From Ginglymostoma cirratum (Eukaryota): 64,000 bases of DNA. The notes under the pieces were generated by a model. It did no database searches and was not told where the DNA came from. It was given only the letters and a program-made list of their open reading frames with translations. This document shows, in pieces, positions 62,973 through 64,000 of this stretch (the stretch's first letter is position 1; each line of letters starts with the position of its first letter). The stretch spans positions 5,639,994-5,703,993 of the forward strand of contig JAHRHZ010000082.1 of assembly GCA_024137785.1 (NCBI GenBank), read 5' to 3'. A program made the translations under genes and the position numbers.

Positions 62973-64000
62973 CCTCCAATGAAGTGCCATTGTGCTTTCC
63001 CGCCTATTATTCATACGATAGTCATCTCTTTGAAAGAAAGCAATCACAAGTGATCTTAAAACCACAAAGCTCAAAAATAATGCAAGGCCTCACAGACCTT
63101 GCATTAAACAGATGGCCTTTCACCTTAAACTTTCACCAAGCACTCACAATCTCCTACTGTCTCATTGCGATATGACATGTGCAGCATTCATCAGTATATT
63201 GTCCCTAGAGAGAATCCATGACAATCCTTGACAGGCTCGATTTCACATTGTTTGGAGGAGTGCACTAAAACATAATTTGTAAGTGAGGTGAGTGTTGCTT
63301 TCTCACTTCACTAACAATGTGTTTTTTATGTTCCCGACTCAGCTTCATCGCAAGGGTATCACCGACGTCATTTGTTCCAGATCACACTGCTTTGTATTGC
63401 TTTCACTGAAATTTTCAGCAACGTAACTGGCTTCGCCTAGGTGCATGATGTCATAGACTGTACATAAGTCATGCTGAGAGGACCATTTCATAACAGAGCA
63501 CAGTCCACCAACAGAAAGGGAATCCATTCCGTCATTGTGCAAGTGAATCTGTGATCATCACTACCATATCTTAAAAGTTTGTTCCTTGTGCTCTGGGAGC
63601 TATCTTAATGCCTATGTCCTTGAGAACTCTCAAGTTCCTGCTGTGCTGGGGGTCCAAATGCCTTTCAAGGATGCTTCCTGATGGACAAAAGCTACCCTCT
63701 CAGACAATGGCTGAAGATTCCATGACACAGCCTCACCTCTGAGGCTAAGCATGGATAAAATGTTGCCCTTCCTTTCACCAGAGTCAAGGTGGATATGACC
63801 ATATTTCTGCTGAGCATGGTTTCTGATGCTTAGATTTGTCTTGCTTAAATTTAATTTGATTTATTGCAGTCACATGTACCTAAGTACAGTGAAAAGCTTT
63901 GTTTGGTGAGCAGTACAGGCAGATCATGGACCGGGGGGCATTTTGCATTACTCTGTGGACAGAATGTCCTGCATAAACCTAGCAAACTCTGCTCTGCACA

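Noticed and set aside
1-64000. CBX2 or CBX4 exons expected from the vertebrate CBX2-CBX8-CBX4 cluster
   Set aside because: No second chromodomain or Pc-box coding sequence found; if present, these genes lie outside the window.

Overview
Vertebrate genomic DNA, most likely a shark or other cartilaginous fish. This is an inference from the repeat content: CR1 LINEs, tRNA-derived SINEs and Penelope-like elements. The one intact protein-coding gene is the Polycomb chromobox gene CBX8 (minus strand, 5 exons, 17420->15839, 372 aa). It sits inside a ~19 kb domain that by eye retains CpG and is poor in transposons. The main hidden feature is not visible in the ORF track: a decayed multi-exon gene on the minus strand at ~40880->26260. 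It has a signal-peptide exon followed by three tandem modules of laminin-type EGF (LE) repeats plus a laminin IV/B (LamB) domain, with no LN domain or coiled coil seen. It is broken by stops, frameshifts and two exonic retroelement insertions. Several Penelope-like element ends also carry minimal hammerhead ribozyme motifs, some with intact cores. All homology calls come from reading the sequence and from remembered family motifs; no database search was run.
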